DNA of 63,130 nucleotides, counting the filler, from Globobulimina sp. (taxonomy: Eukaryota): the NCBI GenBank assembly GCA_003354225.1. It is 20 parts of 20 records of this genome, joined end to end, with 100 filler letters (N's around TTAATTAATTAA, not from the genome) between each part and the next. Parts side by side here need not be neighbours in the genome. Positions count along the whole stretch, not along the records: positions 22,146 to 25,207 come from PIVH01003836.1; positions 25,308 to 28,369 come from PIVH01003837.1; positions 28,470 to 31,530 come from PIVH01003838.1; positions 31,631 to 34,691 come from PIVH01003839.1; positions 34,792 to 37,852 come from PIVH01003840.1; 15 more parts are not named here. One strand, 5' to 3'. The notes below the pieces were generated by a model. It was not told the origin of the DNA, ran no database searches, and saw nothing but the letters and a program-made list of their open reading frames with translations. The position numbers were made by a program, and so were the translations under genes. Numbering within the stretch: the stretch's first letter is position 1; each line of letters starts with the position of its first letter. Shown piece by piece: positions 23,344 through 36,490 of the stretch.

Positions 23344-24830
23344 ATGTGGAGAGCAGCATCCCAAACACAGATGAAACACAAACCATTGACTAATTAATAT
23401 TATTGGCACCAAAATACTCAAATCAATTTACGCAAAGCAAATAATAATGACGATCGCAATCAATATACTCGTCCATCAATGAAGAAAGAGATTACATCGC
23501 AATCAATGCATTTGTGAAACTATGTTTTCATTTTCAGAATCCATCAAAGGTCGCATTGGTTTGGAATGATATCAATGGATTGCCACCACAAAGGGCAAAG
23601 CTATTATTCCCTCATTTGCTCAAGTGTTGCATTGATAGCAATGACATCGATCTCAAACAATGCTTGGCAGTGTTGGCAATGACAAAGGAGTGCGATTACG
23701 CCATGCACATTCACGAGTCATGGACTGTCAAACGAATATTGAAAAGCAGTCATAATTTATTGGCTTTGAATGGAATCAAAAAACAATTCATCGATTCATA
23801 TGATAGCAAAAACTTAATCCCAAAGACACCACTGATAAATGGGTTTGGCAAGTGCGGAGGGATTGACTATGCACTGAAAGTCTTCAAATCCATTGCGGAC
23901 AGCGATAGAGATTCACAGAGTGTGTCTGCACTGATGAAAGCATACATTTCTCACCAATGCAATGAAGAGTGCATTGCCTTGTATGAGATGTATGACAGTC
24001 TCAACGATAGTGTCTCTGCGTGTACGAACATATATATACGCGCGCGCAAACAGTGGTATTGTATAGAAAGGCATAAAAATACATTGGAAATTGAAATTGA
24101 GTGACAGTGACACTAATCTAAAAATCAAATGTGCATTGATCAACTTTTATGGGGTGTGTGGGGAGATCGATAAAGCGTTGAAATTGTTTGAATCGAATAC
24201 AAATAAAAACAATATTGTTTTGGTCAGTGCAATGATGAGTGCGTATCTCTGCAATGGATTGAGCAAAGATGCCTTGGAATTGTATCAAAATATCGATATT
24301 AGCGATACTCACATCAAAAAAGATGTCATTTCTCACTGTTTGGCATTGAAGGCGTGTATGGAATGCAATAATTTTGAAAGTGGAAAGAATTTGTGCAAAC
24401 ATTTCGAATTTGAATTTGAAAAGGGCAATATTCGAATGCAGACTGCCCTCATCGAATTCTATGACCACTTCGGTGAGATATCATCACTGCAATGATGCGC
24501 GGATATATCACTCATAAGTCATACGTGAATGTCAGAGATTTGTACAAAGCAATCGAGAATGCACAGATGTGACGGCATCTGAATGATATCTCTCACATTT
24601 TGGTATCATGCGCACTCAAACCCGCTCTATTTGGACCCGCTCTATTTGGACATCAAAGCCAACATTCATATATCTGATTATCTCCGTTCAGTCTGTATCA
24701 AATCTCAGCCTTTCACTGTCCCGCACAGTTTATCATAAGTGACAGAGTGCTTGTGCAATGTCGAGCCATCGAAGAGCACACCAAAGACACGATCTGTGTT
24801 GGTGCAATGATGAATCGGTGAATTGCACTG
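23344..24830 (+). pseudogene. Pentatricopeptide-repeat (PPR, PLS-like) gene, broken by stops and frameshifts
   Basis: TPLINGFGKCG.IDYA.KVF..I...D..SVSALMKAY; ALINFYGVCGEIDKALKLF....N.V..SAMMSAY..NG....ALELY; TALIEFY.HFG. Confidence 0.8.
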
Positions 24831-25364
24831 TCACCGAATTTGAGTCAACACACAGTATTTGACAAAGAAATCTGAGTCGGCAATGTATGCAATGATGAAT
24901 AGTGATGAGTGCATGTGTTTTATGGCATTTAGGAGCAATTCAAAGGCAGAAAATCGAATCGTGACTGTACCTACCCACACAAATAATACTCGCACAAACC
25001 TGCAATGACCACTGCTGCTTTTGAGCCATTTTGTGGCTATGTTTTAATATTATTTATTTTCAATCTTTTGTGTCATTTTCCGAAAACGTAACTACGAATC
25101 AAACCTCGCACTTGAGTTTTCACTCTGAAAACGTTTCTAAAAATTTATGCGAAGCTGGCAATTGTGGTTCGATCCAAGAAGAGTGACAGTATTTTATAAT
25201 TTGTTCTNNNNNNNNNNNNNNNNNNNNNNNNNNNNNNNNNNNNNNNNNNNNTTAATTAATTAANNNNNNNNNNNNNNNNNNNNNNNNNNNNNNNNNNNNN
25301 NNNNNNNACTCAAAGATTTAGTACTTATGATTCAATCGAAAACTATTAAAAGATAGAGAGTCGT

Positions 25365-26486
25365 TTATAAATAATCTTGTTTGCCAAGGATGCGTTGTAT
25401 AATACTTATTGATTCATTCCACAGTTGATTACGTTCAGCCTCATCAGATATAATTGGATCAACACTGTCGGATTTATCATAAACTCCTCTATAAAATGCA
25501 CCATTGGCAACATACTGTTTCTCTGTCAATGCACAAAATATTTGCGTTAAAGCTAACTGACCGACTGAGTCCAATAAAATATCAATACACAACAGTTTGC
25601 GAATACATTTAACACAACATATATTCCATGGATTTGACACCACATTTCCTTCACTATCTTTATTTGTCACCAACTCTGTTTGTCCAACCCCTGGATGCAA
25701 AGTTAAACAATATATTTTTGAGCTTTCCAACGGATATCGGTACACAAACTCTGCCACAAACATTAGCGAACATAATTTTGAATGGCAATAAGCATTCCAC
25801 AATGAATGATTGTTTAATCCATTAATATCATATCTATATGTTTTACAGCATAAACACATTGGCCTTTGTAGATGCGCGTGGGCGCCGGTAATGACAATAC
25901 GCGAATATTCATTGTCAATATTATATGTTCTCGATAACAATGCCCGCAATGACAATATTAAATGCATGTTTCCAATATGGTTTACTCCAAAAGCTAACTC
26001 CAATCCATCGTCTGTTTTTAAATCCTTTTTGTAAGGACTGACGCCAGCATTTGCCATTAATATATGCAACTTGTTATATTTGCAGCAAAATTCAGTTATA
26101 AATTCATTGATTTGCTTCAAATTTGATAAATCTAATTTCATTAAAAAAATGTTTCTGTTGCCACTTTCCTCAATTATTTCATGCTGGATTTGTTGTGCTT
26201 TTCTTAAGTTCCTGCAGGCCATTATTATGGTAGCATTTGTTTTTGATAATACGCGCGTTGTCTCTCTACCAATTCCCGAATTAGCACCGGTTATCAATAT
26301 TATTTTATTAGTTAAATCATAGGAGCCTTTCAATACAAATTGTTCAGCTTCGGCACAATGATTTGTCACTGCTCTCATCATTGATATGCAACATATTAAC
26401 AGTAATATTATGAAAACCAATAAGCCACAAACTACATAAAGAATCAATACAATATGTTCTTCTAAATGCAACCCAAAAAACCACAT
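25365..26486 (-). CDS. Short-chain dehydrogenase/reductase (retinol dehydrogenase 11/12-like) with an N-terminal TM helix
   Basis: ITGANSGIG, IIMACRN, LDLS, NAGV, FGVNHIG, Y.HSKL, LHPG. Confidence 0.95.
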   Translation of the reverse strand: MWFFGLHLEEHIVLILYVVCGLLVFIILLLICCISMMRAVTNHCAEAEQFVLKGSYDLTNKIILITGANSGIGRETTRVLSKTNATIIMACRNLRKAQQIQHEIIEESGNRNIFLMKLDLSNLKQINEFITEFCCKYNKLHILMANAGVSPYKKDLKTDDGLELAFGVNHIGNMHLILSLRALLSRTYNIDNEYSRIVITGAHAHLQRPMCLCCKTYRYDINGLNNHSLWNAYCHSKLCSLMFVAEFVYRYPLESSKIYCLTLHPGVGQTELVTNKDSEGNVVSNPWNICCVKCIRKLLCIDILLDSVGQLALTQIFCALTEKQYVANGAFYRGVYDKSDSVDPIISDEAERNQLWNESISIIQRILGKQDYL

Positions 26487-26550
26487 AATTTTGGATCAGT
26501 TTTGTATTTACAGTTGATACATCAGGTTTTTTTTTAAATACTGGCAAGTA

Positions 26551-28369
26551 ATGGCAAGTCTACAAGAAACGGTCAATAACCAAATTCAAGGTGAAAGGGA
26601 TGATTTTAATTTTGAGAAATGGATCAAACAAAACCATCTCGAACAGGCCAAACAATTCTTGGTAAAACATGATATGACGGATAGAGATTCCATATCAATG
26701 AGTTCTCCTTCATTTATTAAATTAATATCAGATTTGTCAGCATTTCAACCTTTATCCATTCCATTGGTAATTTCTGCGATTCAAACTTTTTCCTCATTGC
26801 CACAAAACACAGCAAAACCAAAACATATAATCGTATACGTAGCAGACGAAGAACATAATGTAATCGATAAAATAACATCAAATTTAAAAGAAATTGATGC
26901 GTTTGAAATTAATATAAATTCATTAAACAAACAATTCCCTGCAAGTTTACAGAAAATTAAAACAGAAAAATTAAAACAAATTAAAAATACTAAAAAAAAG
27001 ACCAATGATTCATTCAATAAAATCAAAGAAAAAATAATTTTTTGTCAACAACAAATAGAAAATGAGTTAAATAAAATTCAATTAAAGACTGAGAAAAAAG
27101 GAGAATTTGAAGAAAAGAAAGAAAATCAAATATTGAGAGAAAGTGCAAAAATAATGCAATCAAACCGAGTTTATTTAGCTCAAAAATTAAATGATTGTAA
27201 ACACAAAATTAGTTCGATGGGAAATGACCAAAGACAGCAAAGAAAACAACAAATTATTGATATTGGAAAAGAAACAGATGAACAATTTGCTAAAAGCCAA
27301 AAAAAATTAAATGACAATATTAGAAATGTGCAAAATGCAGTGGCTGAAAATAATAAATCAGTGATAAAAATTGATTATATATTAATTGAAAAATATAATA
27401 AAAAATTATTAACAGCAATTCAAAATATTGGATTTATTGTAAATGAACAATGTCAGCCTCAGTCACCACCAGATACACAATATGATATTAAAGCGGATGA
27501 CGATGACTTTCGTATTGAACAATTACAGCAAAAATGTAAAAAATTAAAATTAATTCAATCACAATTAAAAAATGAGAATAATGCATTACAAAAACTATTA
27601 GAACAAGAACGGAAAAATCGAAAAAAAATTAACGAAAAACAGCAAATTATTCAAAAAAATATAAATGGATATAAATCAATGATATCCAAATTAAAAAATG
27701 ACAATAATTCATTGCGAGAAAGCAGAAATAATGAATGTAACGAAAAACAGCGAGTTATACAGGAAAAGCAAAAATTAGTGGCTGAGAATAATAAATTAAA
27801 AAATGAGAATAAGTCTTTAATGAATAAATGTAATCAAAGTATTTCCTTTGCAAATAATGGTAAATGGAAATATTTTAATGCGAACTATTTTGTGTATAAA
27901 TATGATTTTGATACAAATGGATTATGTTATGCCTTGGGGTCGAATTTTGGAGAAACAAAATGGTCAAATCCTGTGGATAAAGGTGTTGTTACTATTTCTT
28001 CATCGGGATGGCATTGCTATGGCGGTGATATTAAAAATGTTGTAGCGAGAGAAGCTGTGGGTAGTTGTTTTACAAAGGATATACCGAATGGATGGATTTG
28101 TATTGATTTTAAAACAATAAAAATTAAGCCAACAAAATACACACTGAGACATGATATGAATGCAAGTCATTATCTTCGAAATTGGACTTTTTTAGGAAGT
28201 GTTGATGGATCAAATTGGGAGCTTCTCAGAAAACATACAAATGATACAACAATTAATGCTGCAAAGCAATCTCATACATGGAGCATTTCAAATTGTCATA
28301 AATCACATAGAATGTTCAGAATATCTATGACAGGATCTAATTCACACCAAAGTGGTAGTAGTCGTTATT
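26551..28369 (+). CDS. Coiled-coil protein with a C-terminal discoidin/F5-8-like domain, 3'-truncated
   Basis: Long K/E/Q coiled coil; YDFDTNGL.Y.LG...W.NP...WI.IDF...IKPTKYTLRH...RNW...GS.DG.NW..L..H.ND...FRI..TG. Confidence 0.8.
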
Positions 28370-28469
28370 NNNNNNNNNNNNNNNNNNNNNNNNNNNNNNN
28401 NNNNNNNNNNNNNTTAATTAATTAANNNNNNNNNNNNNNNNNNNNNNNNNNNNNNNNNNNNNNNNNNNN

Positions 28470-29029
28470 GAAAAATCAACAGAGTCAAATTCGGTGTCGC
28501 ATTGTTTGAATTCAAAGACTAACACTAATTTGGCATCGGCTGCGGTGGAGGTCCAGTTATAACCAAATAATTCAAACGTATATTCTAAGCCATATTGGGT
28601 GGCATCGACAGGGGAGGTTGTCACTGAAAATTCAAATCGCATGGAGGTAAATGCAGCACCCGATGGATCTGTTGGTACGCCCTCGATTACAAAAGATTTG
28701 TTATCTGCACCTTTGGTATACGTCCATGTCACATCATTTTGAAAATCAATCTCTGAATCGTCGACTTCTTCGTGTTTGCCATACTCAGAGTCATTATATA
28801 TGGTATTATAAAAACTCGCTTCGAACATCTCTTCTAATGTTAAGCAATAAACTTGTGAGTAACGATTTAAATCGGAGGCTAACACAATTTCTGGCTCGTC
28901 GTTCTCGTCGGATAACACTAAAACTACCATTCCATTCCAGTTATTCTCGTCTTCATTGTCGTCAAGCGAAAATTCCTCGTCGCTCGCTACATTTAATATG
29001 TATAACGCAGATAATAAGAAATATATCAT
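28470..29029 (-). CDS. Secreted acidic hypothetical protein, 3'-truncated
   Basis: Signal peptide-like N-terminus; frame open to the contig edge. Confidence 0.6.
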
Positions 29030-29313
29030 TTTTTTGCTAATTGCTACTTGTTTTATAGTTTATAATATAGTTTGGTTGTAGGGCAGAAAGATGTTTTAGG
29101 AAAGGAAAGAGGAGTACAAAGTAGAGTTGTTACAAAAAACTTCACTTACAGTATAATTATAGCATCTTTTGTTGTTTTGAATATTTGATAATATGAAATA
29201 GATTTCTCATAATCATAATTATAATACTATATATACAATAATTAATTCATTTTTAACTTTCACTAATTTACTTCACCATTTTTCTCTCACATCACAGTCA
29301 GTCTAAGTATGCA

Positions 29314-30351
29314 ATGCAGTCGAGAATATTTTTTACAATTCTTTGTATGTATTTATGTAAATGTTTTGGTATTAACGCACGAACCCGCATCGTAAACGGA
29401 ATTCGAACCACAACAAAAACAAATTATCCTTGGATGGTCTCAATACAATACAGTTACAAAAATGATAAGTACAATAGGAAACATTCTTGTTCCGGATCCC
29501 TGATAAGGAACACTTACCCGGCGGCCGTGTTGACTGCAGGTCATTGTGTGGGACCAAAAATCTTTGGTGAAACCGGTAGAATCTATTATGCAGACATTGG
29601 CAGAACGTATCCTCATCATATCAATAAATCCGGTGATAATTTTACAACATTGCGAGCTTTTTATTATTATACAGCTGCGGCATATTTGTCTCAACAAATT
29701 GGAGCTACAACAAACTTATTAACAGATTATGATTTGGGCATTCTTTTGCTAGATGGTTCTGTTGAGGACATCGAAGTTATTCCCTTATACGACCCAACAA
29801 ATCTGCAACATACATCGCAATGTTGTGAGGATAACCAAGTTGTGAGAGCCTTTGGTTATGGATATGTGAATAATGATTATAAAAAAAGTGAAACGTTGAG
29901 ATATTTGGATATGAGGTATATGAGCAATGTTTATAATTGTTCAGAACTTGTGATTGAATGCGTTGAGGAAAATAGCGGATTTCAAGATACTTCTTATAAG
30001 GATAATATTGCCACGGATGGCAGCGCAGTCTGTGCGTATTCAAAGGGTGCTGGTATTTGTCAAGGTGACAGTGGTGGACCCTTAGTGTTTTACGATAGGG
30101 ATAATAATATAGTTCAAGTTGGTATTGGCTCACAAAGTTGTTGCATGCCAGGAGTACCAAATATGTTTGCTACGGTTGATTTTTTTTACGAAACAATTCA
30201 ACAAGCTCTCGATGATGAGACTGGATGGCTTGATTATTTGAATAATAATACATTGGATGTTTACAATGGTACGAACACAAATGGCTACGTGGAGGCTATC
30301 AAACTTATTCATGCGTGTTTTGCAATAATCTTAGCCGTATTATTGCAATGA
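29314..30351 (+). CDS. Trypsin-like S1 serine protease with signal peptide and hydrophobic (GPI/TM) C-terminus
   Basis: RIVNG, CSGSLI, LTAGHC, DLGILLL, CQGDSGGPL. Confidence 0.95.
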   Translation: MQSRIFFTILCMYLCKCFGINARTRIVNGIRTTTKTNYPWMVSIQYSYKNDKYNRKHSCSGSLIRNTYPAAVLTAGHCVGPKIFGETGRIYYADIGRTYPHHINKSGDNFTTLRAFYYYTAAAYLSQQIGATTNLLTDYDLGILLLDGSVEDIEVIPLYDPTNLQHTSQCCEDNQVVRAFGYGYVNNDYKKSETLRYLDMRYMSNVYNCSELVIECVEENSGFQDTSYKDNIATDGSAVCAYSKGAGICQGDSGGPLVFYDRDNNIVQVGIGSQSCCMPGVPNMFATVDFFYETIQQALDDETGWLDYLNNNTLDVYNGTNTNGYVEAIKLIHACFAIILAVLLQ

Positions 30352-30456
30352 ATTTTGCGGTACTTTGTAGGAAATCCGTGGGTTAAATCACCTGATAATA
30401 TCTCAGAAACTCAAGTTCAAGTTTTTTTTGAATGTGTAGAGAAATAATTAGAATAG

Positions 30457-31492
30457 ATGGCCTTGCCAAAACGACCCGTTTCTTTAAAGTCAAACCACTC
30501 CAATTCTGGTAAAATACGAGAATGGAACACAAAAAAAGTGGCAGATTGGATGAAAAACGTAAATGATGGATTATTTGCAAAATATGTAAGTAATGTAATA
30601 GCTTTAAACATAGACGGCACAGCTTTACTCAATTTAAGCCAAATTGATATGACAACAAAGTTAGACATAACTATTCCAAACCACATCACCACATTGTCCG
30701 CTGCCATTGAGCGATTAAAGAAAAATCCCAGACGCAGAAATAAAAAAGATACGGATGGAAAAACGAAACCAAACTTTGATATAATTGATACAATACCAAG
30801 TTATAAAAAAGATACAATGGATCGCAGTCCAACCCCAACACACAAAAAGCCCCCAAAACAATCGCTCCATAAACATAAATCAATGCCATTAACATATTCT
30901 GGCAATTACCAACAAGATATGAAACAGGAATGCAATGACGAAGACATACAAAGAGCACAAACACTACAATACCCATTATCGGACACTGTTACATTAAAGA
31001 AACAGTTGACACAAAAGAATGCTGCAAATAAAAAGAAAGACAAATATTTATACAAAGACCTAGGCAAAAAACTGGTATATTTATCACTATTTATATGTAT
31101 TGCAAAGTGCAAGGATATGATATGATGTTTTTGTTTGTATACATATGTTTTTATAGTGGCCAAATGAGACCAGCATGATAGTGAACGAAGGATGGATGAA
31201 GAAAAGAGGAGTTCGTAGATCAGGATTTAAGGAGAGATGGTGTGTATTGCGCGACAATGGACATTTATATTATTTTGAAAAGAGACCCGCAGTGAATAGC
31301 AATAGTGATTTGCCGCAAGGCATGTTAGATTTGGACATTGTAAAAAGCATCGAATATGTCGAAAATGAAGATCCCAACACATTCAACATCAAAACGAAGG
31401 ATAGAGATTGGATTTTCAGTGCCATGTCTGGCGGACAGTTGGTTGAATGGATGAGTGCGTTGAACAAAACTATTAAAGCAATACATGAGTAA
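30457..31492 (+). CDS. SAM + PH domain protein (intron 31075-31156)
   Basis: SAM W...VADWM...Y......IDG..LL.L; PH EGWMKKRG....FKERWCVL...LYYF...FNI.T.DR...W...L. Confidence 0.88.
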
Positions 31493-31789
31493 TGTAGACA
31501 GCTGTTTCACTTAATAAATTGTCGACATATNNNNNNNNNNNNNNNNNNNNNNNNNNNNNNNNNNNNNNNNNNNNTTAATTAATTAANNNNNNNNNNNNNN
31601 NNNNNNNNNNNNNNNNNNNNNNNNNNNNNNAAAAAACAGATTTTTACGATAAAGCAAAAATGCCTATTGCATTTCTTCATATTTCTGGTCTAGTTTTTGT
31701 GTGCAAGGATCGCGCAGTTAAACTCTGAAAGAATTGCTTAATAATAATAATTAATATTAATAATAATATAAAAAAAAATTGATATACAA

Positions 31790-33243
31790 CTATTCTCTCA
31801 CCAATTGGGCCATTAATTTAGTCAATTTATATGTAAATTGAGTTCCAGACATAGAATCCATGGAAATATCAAAGCCAAAAGCACCACCCAATTTTTTTGA
31901 TTTTGCAAAATTAACAACGGCGGAAACAGTATCCGTATCTTGGTAAGACATCCAAACACCTTTTGCGGTAAAACCATCCTTTGGATTCACCGCATATCCG
32001 ATATTACTGCCCGTAACACTGTCAAAACAGGTTTCAAATCCCGCTTTTTCGATCTCTGAATACATATAAGTACCACACAATTGTGAATATTGCCCGTATT
32101 TGGCACCCATTGTTTGCGCAAAAGGACCGCAACACTGTCCCTGTTTCGTTGCTTTCAATCCAAATTTACACCAATCAGATTGTTGGGTTAAGCCCGGAAC
32201 ATACCATGCATGGCCATAATAGGCAACGCCTACTGCCATCTTTGCGGCCGGAATACCTAATTATTAATATATAAATATATATATTGTGCAAGGATAAATA
32301 AAATGTGCGATACCGGCAGCTAAATACCCATTGATTGTATTCGACACACTGTCATTCCATATACCGGTACTCGCCGGCGCAGGATACAAATTTTCATTTG
32401 GTGCAGTAATGGGCGAATCGTCGAGATCAGACACTGTATAATCATACGACATTAAGTTAAACATATCAATATATTGAAATAAGCCTTTGATGTCTTCATC
32501 GTTGGCCTTATCCATATCCGCCTGCGATGCAATAGTGATAATTTTATTTGCACCAAAAGCTTGCCGCATTTCTTTAACTAACTGCACGAAATTAACACCG
32601 TCTTGCGGACTGCCGCCGGCATCCTCGGTCGTGTCGAATTTCTCACACGTTATTTTCACTAAATCTGTTCTCGGCGGTGATCTATAAACATATATATGTA
32701 CAGTACATAATTGTATATAAACATGTATAAAAGCTGCTATATTAACTTTGGAAATTCCCAGTCTAAGTCCACGCCGTCAAATCCATGCTGACTCATAAAG
32801 GATAAACAAGATTGAATGAATTTGCTTCGTGAGCCCTTATCAGACACCATTTGCGAAAAGAAATTGGAGGGAAAATTCCAGCCACCGATGGAGATGATCA
32901 CTTTTAAGGCTCTGTTTTGTGATTTCATTGCAACAATTTGCTGATAAAATTGCGGGTCTTTGGGTTCAAGACTGACGACATCAAACGGCTGTTTTCCTTG
33001 ACAGAGATTCAATTCGGTCACCCAGTATGGTTGAACCATGGATGAGTTTGGACAAAAATACGCGAAACCATAATATAATACATTGATGGTTGTGATTATC
33101 CCTTGTAACTGGGTTGGTGTATACGTGGCGGGTGGCTGCCGATATTGCGCCCAATTCGGAAAATATGCGCCAATCACTGGTGATGGCAACTGACAATTTG
33201 CACCATTTAATAATGCTAATACGGATAATACTGCAGCCAACAT
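31790..33243 (-). CDS. Secreted GH18 chitinase (introns about 32258-32313 and 32682-32746)
   Basis: Signal peptide, YF.NWAQYR, K.IISIGGW, intact DGVDLDWE, NLMSYD, GV..YG, LGGAF. Confidence 0.95.
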
Positions 33244-33761
33244 TTTGTCTGGTCTGGACTCTGGAATTGAGGAAAATAGATCTAGAGTAAAAGTTTAGTT
33301 TCTTTAAAGTGCACAAAAACTGTAATATATTTGCATGGCAACTATATAAATTCAACTAAAACGAAATCAACAAACAATAAAAAAAACCAAGGAAATAGAA
33401 ATTCAAATTTTCATTTTTTCCAGATATTTGTCAGAAATTGTAAATGTATTTGGTACAACACAAATAAATGGAAAAATTGAAATCTTTTATCATGGAATAG
33501 ATAAAGATATGATATGATATGTTGTTTGAGTGTACGTCAGCATATATTTATATAGTGTGTTATCTACGACATCTTCGTTTGAAGTCGCTGCACATTTTAC
33601 CAATAACAATGGCTTAGTTTTGCAATTATCGCCTCTCCAACGTATTGGTTACAATATATGCATTAATATATGGACCAGCTTTCGAAGATTTGCTCTTTCG
33701 AAGTGACTGCCATCTTTGAAATGAACAGTCATTTTTGGTCCCCTTTGCTCTTTTAACTTAA

Positions 33762-34661
33762 ATGGCAAACATAAGAGTTGAAGAAGAGATCGAAGCATTA
33801 AAAAAATTCATAAAAAAACTGGGTCAACGCAATGAGAAAGGACAATATGTGGTGACATTTGGTGTATTATTCGATGATGATGAAGCAGCGAATACATTTG
33901 AAGCCATGGTTGGTACATTACGTTCTGCGAAAAAAAGGAAAATTATTAAGTTCAAAGGTCAAATGTTATTAAAAGGAATGCATGACAACGTACCTATTAT
34001 TTTATTGCAAGGCGACGACGATTACGAGGAGGAGAATGGTGATGATACCAAAACTAATATGAATGCTGTGTCTGTTGCAGATAATGCCATTAATAAAACT
34101 AAGCTTAATATAACTAATAAAAAGGCAGCAACCACACCCATTAAAATCATGCCACAGCCACAACAACAGAAGTTAGAGAGTGTTAATAATAATAATGGGA
34201 ATAAGATGGTTGAAGCGAGAGGTCGTTGCAATGAAAGTGGATGTAAATGCGATGAGTATGTGGAGAATCCCAGTAAATGGAGCAAAGGCAAATGTAAGAC
34301 CTGTAACCATCCACCAATTCGGCACAAACAACAATGGATAAAAGCTGGTGACATCGAATCCGCAGTAAAAGGGCAAGAACAAGAACAAGGAGCAGTGGCA
34401 GCGGAATCTGATTTAGAGAATAAATGGGGTCAAGCATTTACGGCCAAATTAGGTGAATGTGTGAATGATACATTTGAATATGATGAAGAATCTATATTGC
34501 CGGCGAAATATTTGCTGTATTATCTTAAAAAAAGAATTGGATTTGATTTTGGTGGGCAATCGCAGCAAGCCGAAGCTTTGAAGTTTGTGTTTGTGGATAA
34601 GTTTGGATGGAAAATTGTACATAAATGGGGATATAGTGTTCGTGTCAGACGTGTCTTGTGA
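33762..34661 (+). CDS. Costars/ABRACL-domain protein with a C-terminal Cys/His zinc motif extension
   Basis: VEEEI..LK..I..LG......V.FG.LFDD...N.FEA.VGTL.SAKKRKII.F.GQML..G.HDNV.I.LL; later C...CKC..Y..N..KW..GKC..C.H....H. Confidence 0.88.
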   Translation: MANIRVEEEIEALKKFIKKLGQRNEKGQYVVTFGVLFDDDEAANTFEAMVGTLRSAKKRKIIKFKGQMLLKGMHDNVPIILLQGDDDYEEENGDDTKTNMNAVSVADNAINKTKLNITNKKAATTPIKIMPQPQQQKLESVNNNNGNKMVEARGRCNESGCKCDEYVENPSKWSKGKCKTCNHPPIRHKQQWIKAGDIESAVKGQEQEQGAVAAESDLENKWGQAFTAKLGECVNDTFEYDEESILPAKYLLYYLKKRIGFDFGGQSQQAEALKFVFVDKFGWKIVHKWGYSVRVRRVL

Positions 34662-35229
34662 TTTAATTCATTTTCTGTGATTTTACAAAAANNNNNNNNN
34701 NNNNNNNNNNNNNNNNNNNNNNNNNNNNNNNNNNNTTAATTAATTAANNNNNNNNNNNNNNNNNNNNNNNNNNNNNNNNNNNNNNNNNNNNTAGAATGGA
34801 TCCAAAATTAGCGGCAATTATGAAGAGACAAAATAATAATAATAATAGTAACAAACCACGCAGACAATCACGAAGTGGGCATAAAAATAAACACAAATCA
34901 ACGAGATCTAGAAAAGTGTCAAATGTTGAAATTACAGAATCTGTGATAACGGATATAAAACTATCGGCAGTTGCAAAGAGAAGAAAAGCTTCATTGCAAA
35001 ATAAAAATAAAATATTCAAAAAAAAATTAAACAAAAAATCAAGTTGGTTTGGATAAATATAAATATATATCGGTAATATTGTAATTTTATTGTATTTTTA
35101 TTCATTTTTCTTTTTTGTGTTTGGTTTCGGATTTTTTCTTTCATTCCGTTTTCGTTTTCCATTTCAATTGAGCCCCACAAATTATCTTCATGTCTTAATT
35201 AATTATTTTAACCACTCACAATTGCAAAC

Positions 35230-36087
35230 ATGACAACTTTAGGAATAGAGTTGTTCAACAAGCCTCCCATAGAAGGTATTGAACAGAAACGCAATGAATT
35301 TAAATTATTGGTCCAGAAATACAAAAACGAATATGACAAAAGCAGCAAACATAAATTATTGATGAAAAAATGGGGGTTATCTGATTATTCTGTTGAAATT
35401 TTAGACTCGAAACATAAAGATGAAGCATTGAATATTTTATCATATCAATTTTCTTCAATGGGAGGCACAAATACAGCCAAAATATTAATGATATCGGTAC
35501 TTGATACATATAAAAAGTTATCAGAAGAAGTTGATCATGCAATAAAAGCTGGAGTTGGTTTGGTTTTGTTGGATAAAAATAAACATGTTGTGAGTGTTAC
35601 GTATGGTTTCGATCACTGTGACCAACCAACATTTGATTGGAACACAATGAATTTAAAAGTAAAATATAAAAACATATTATGTGCAGAAGCGTTATGTCGT
35701 TTGCCTGCATTTTATAAATTTATCAAAAATGATGAAATTAAATATATGGAAATGTTTTACGGCGCTAAAGGGGCCACAATACCATCTGCAGAGAAAAAGA
35801 AATATGTGGCGCTACTGCTCGTAGCTAGACATTATATAAATTATCATTTAGGATATAAATATGGTTATGGTACAGCAACAAATGCAATTACTATCGCATG
35901 GATGAAAGGACCTAAAATTAATAAATATTTATTTAATTTTTCAAATTTTCAATTTGAAGATGGAACAATTCTCAATGATCAGTACTTTGAAATGCTGCAA
36001 AATAAATATGGATTTATGGATATTGATAAATTCAAACAAAATGCGCTTATTTGTGCTGCAATGTATCCGATATTGGCTAAGCTATAA
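35230..36087 (+). CDS. Hypothetical protein with a PTS1 peroxisomal signal (-AKL); possible GNAT-like fold
   Basis: 285-aa ORF ending AKL-stop. Confidence 0.6.
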   Translation: MTTLGIELFNKPPIEGIEQKRNEFKLLVQKYKNEYDKSSKHKLLMKKWGLSDYSVEILDSKHKDEALNILSYQFSSMGGTNTAKILMISVLDTYKKLSEEVDHAIKAGVGLVLLDKNKHVVSVTYGFDHCDQPTFDWNTMNLKVKYKNILCAEALCRLPAFYKFIKNDEIKYMEMFYGAKGATIPSAEKKKYVALLLVARHYINYHLGYKYGYGTATNAITIAWMKGPKINKYLFNFSNFQFEDGTILNDQYFEMLQNKYGFMDIDKFKQNALICAAMYPILAKL

Positions 36088-36490
36088 TTGTGATACACAT
36101 GACTTATGACGCTACATATTGTGACTTAACACACTATCCTATACTAATACTATCCTATACTAAGTATTGGTTTCTTAAAGTTTTGAAGAGATTTCTAAGT
36201 ATTTTGATGCATAAAAATCTGTAAATTGTTTTTGTTTACTAATTGGAATTCGGATTTATTATGTCAACCATGTATACAATAATCTCAATGAAAAAACGGT
36301 CATTTAATTAAATAAAAGAAGAAAAAAAGAAAGATCACCAATTTGCCAAAAAAAACACAAAAGACAAAACACAGAAACACTCACACACAGATTATAAAAA
36401 TACAATAACAACTAAAAAGAAAATATTTATGTGATAATAAAATTATCATTCTTTTTTTTTCACTCATTATTTATGTTCAATAATTATAGT

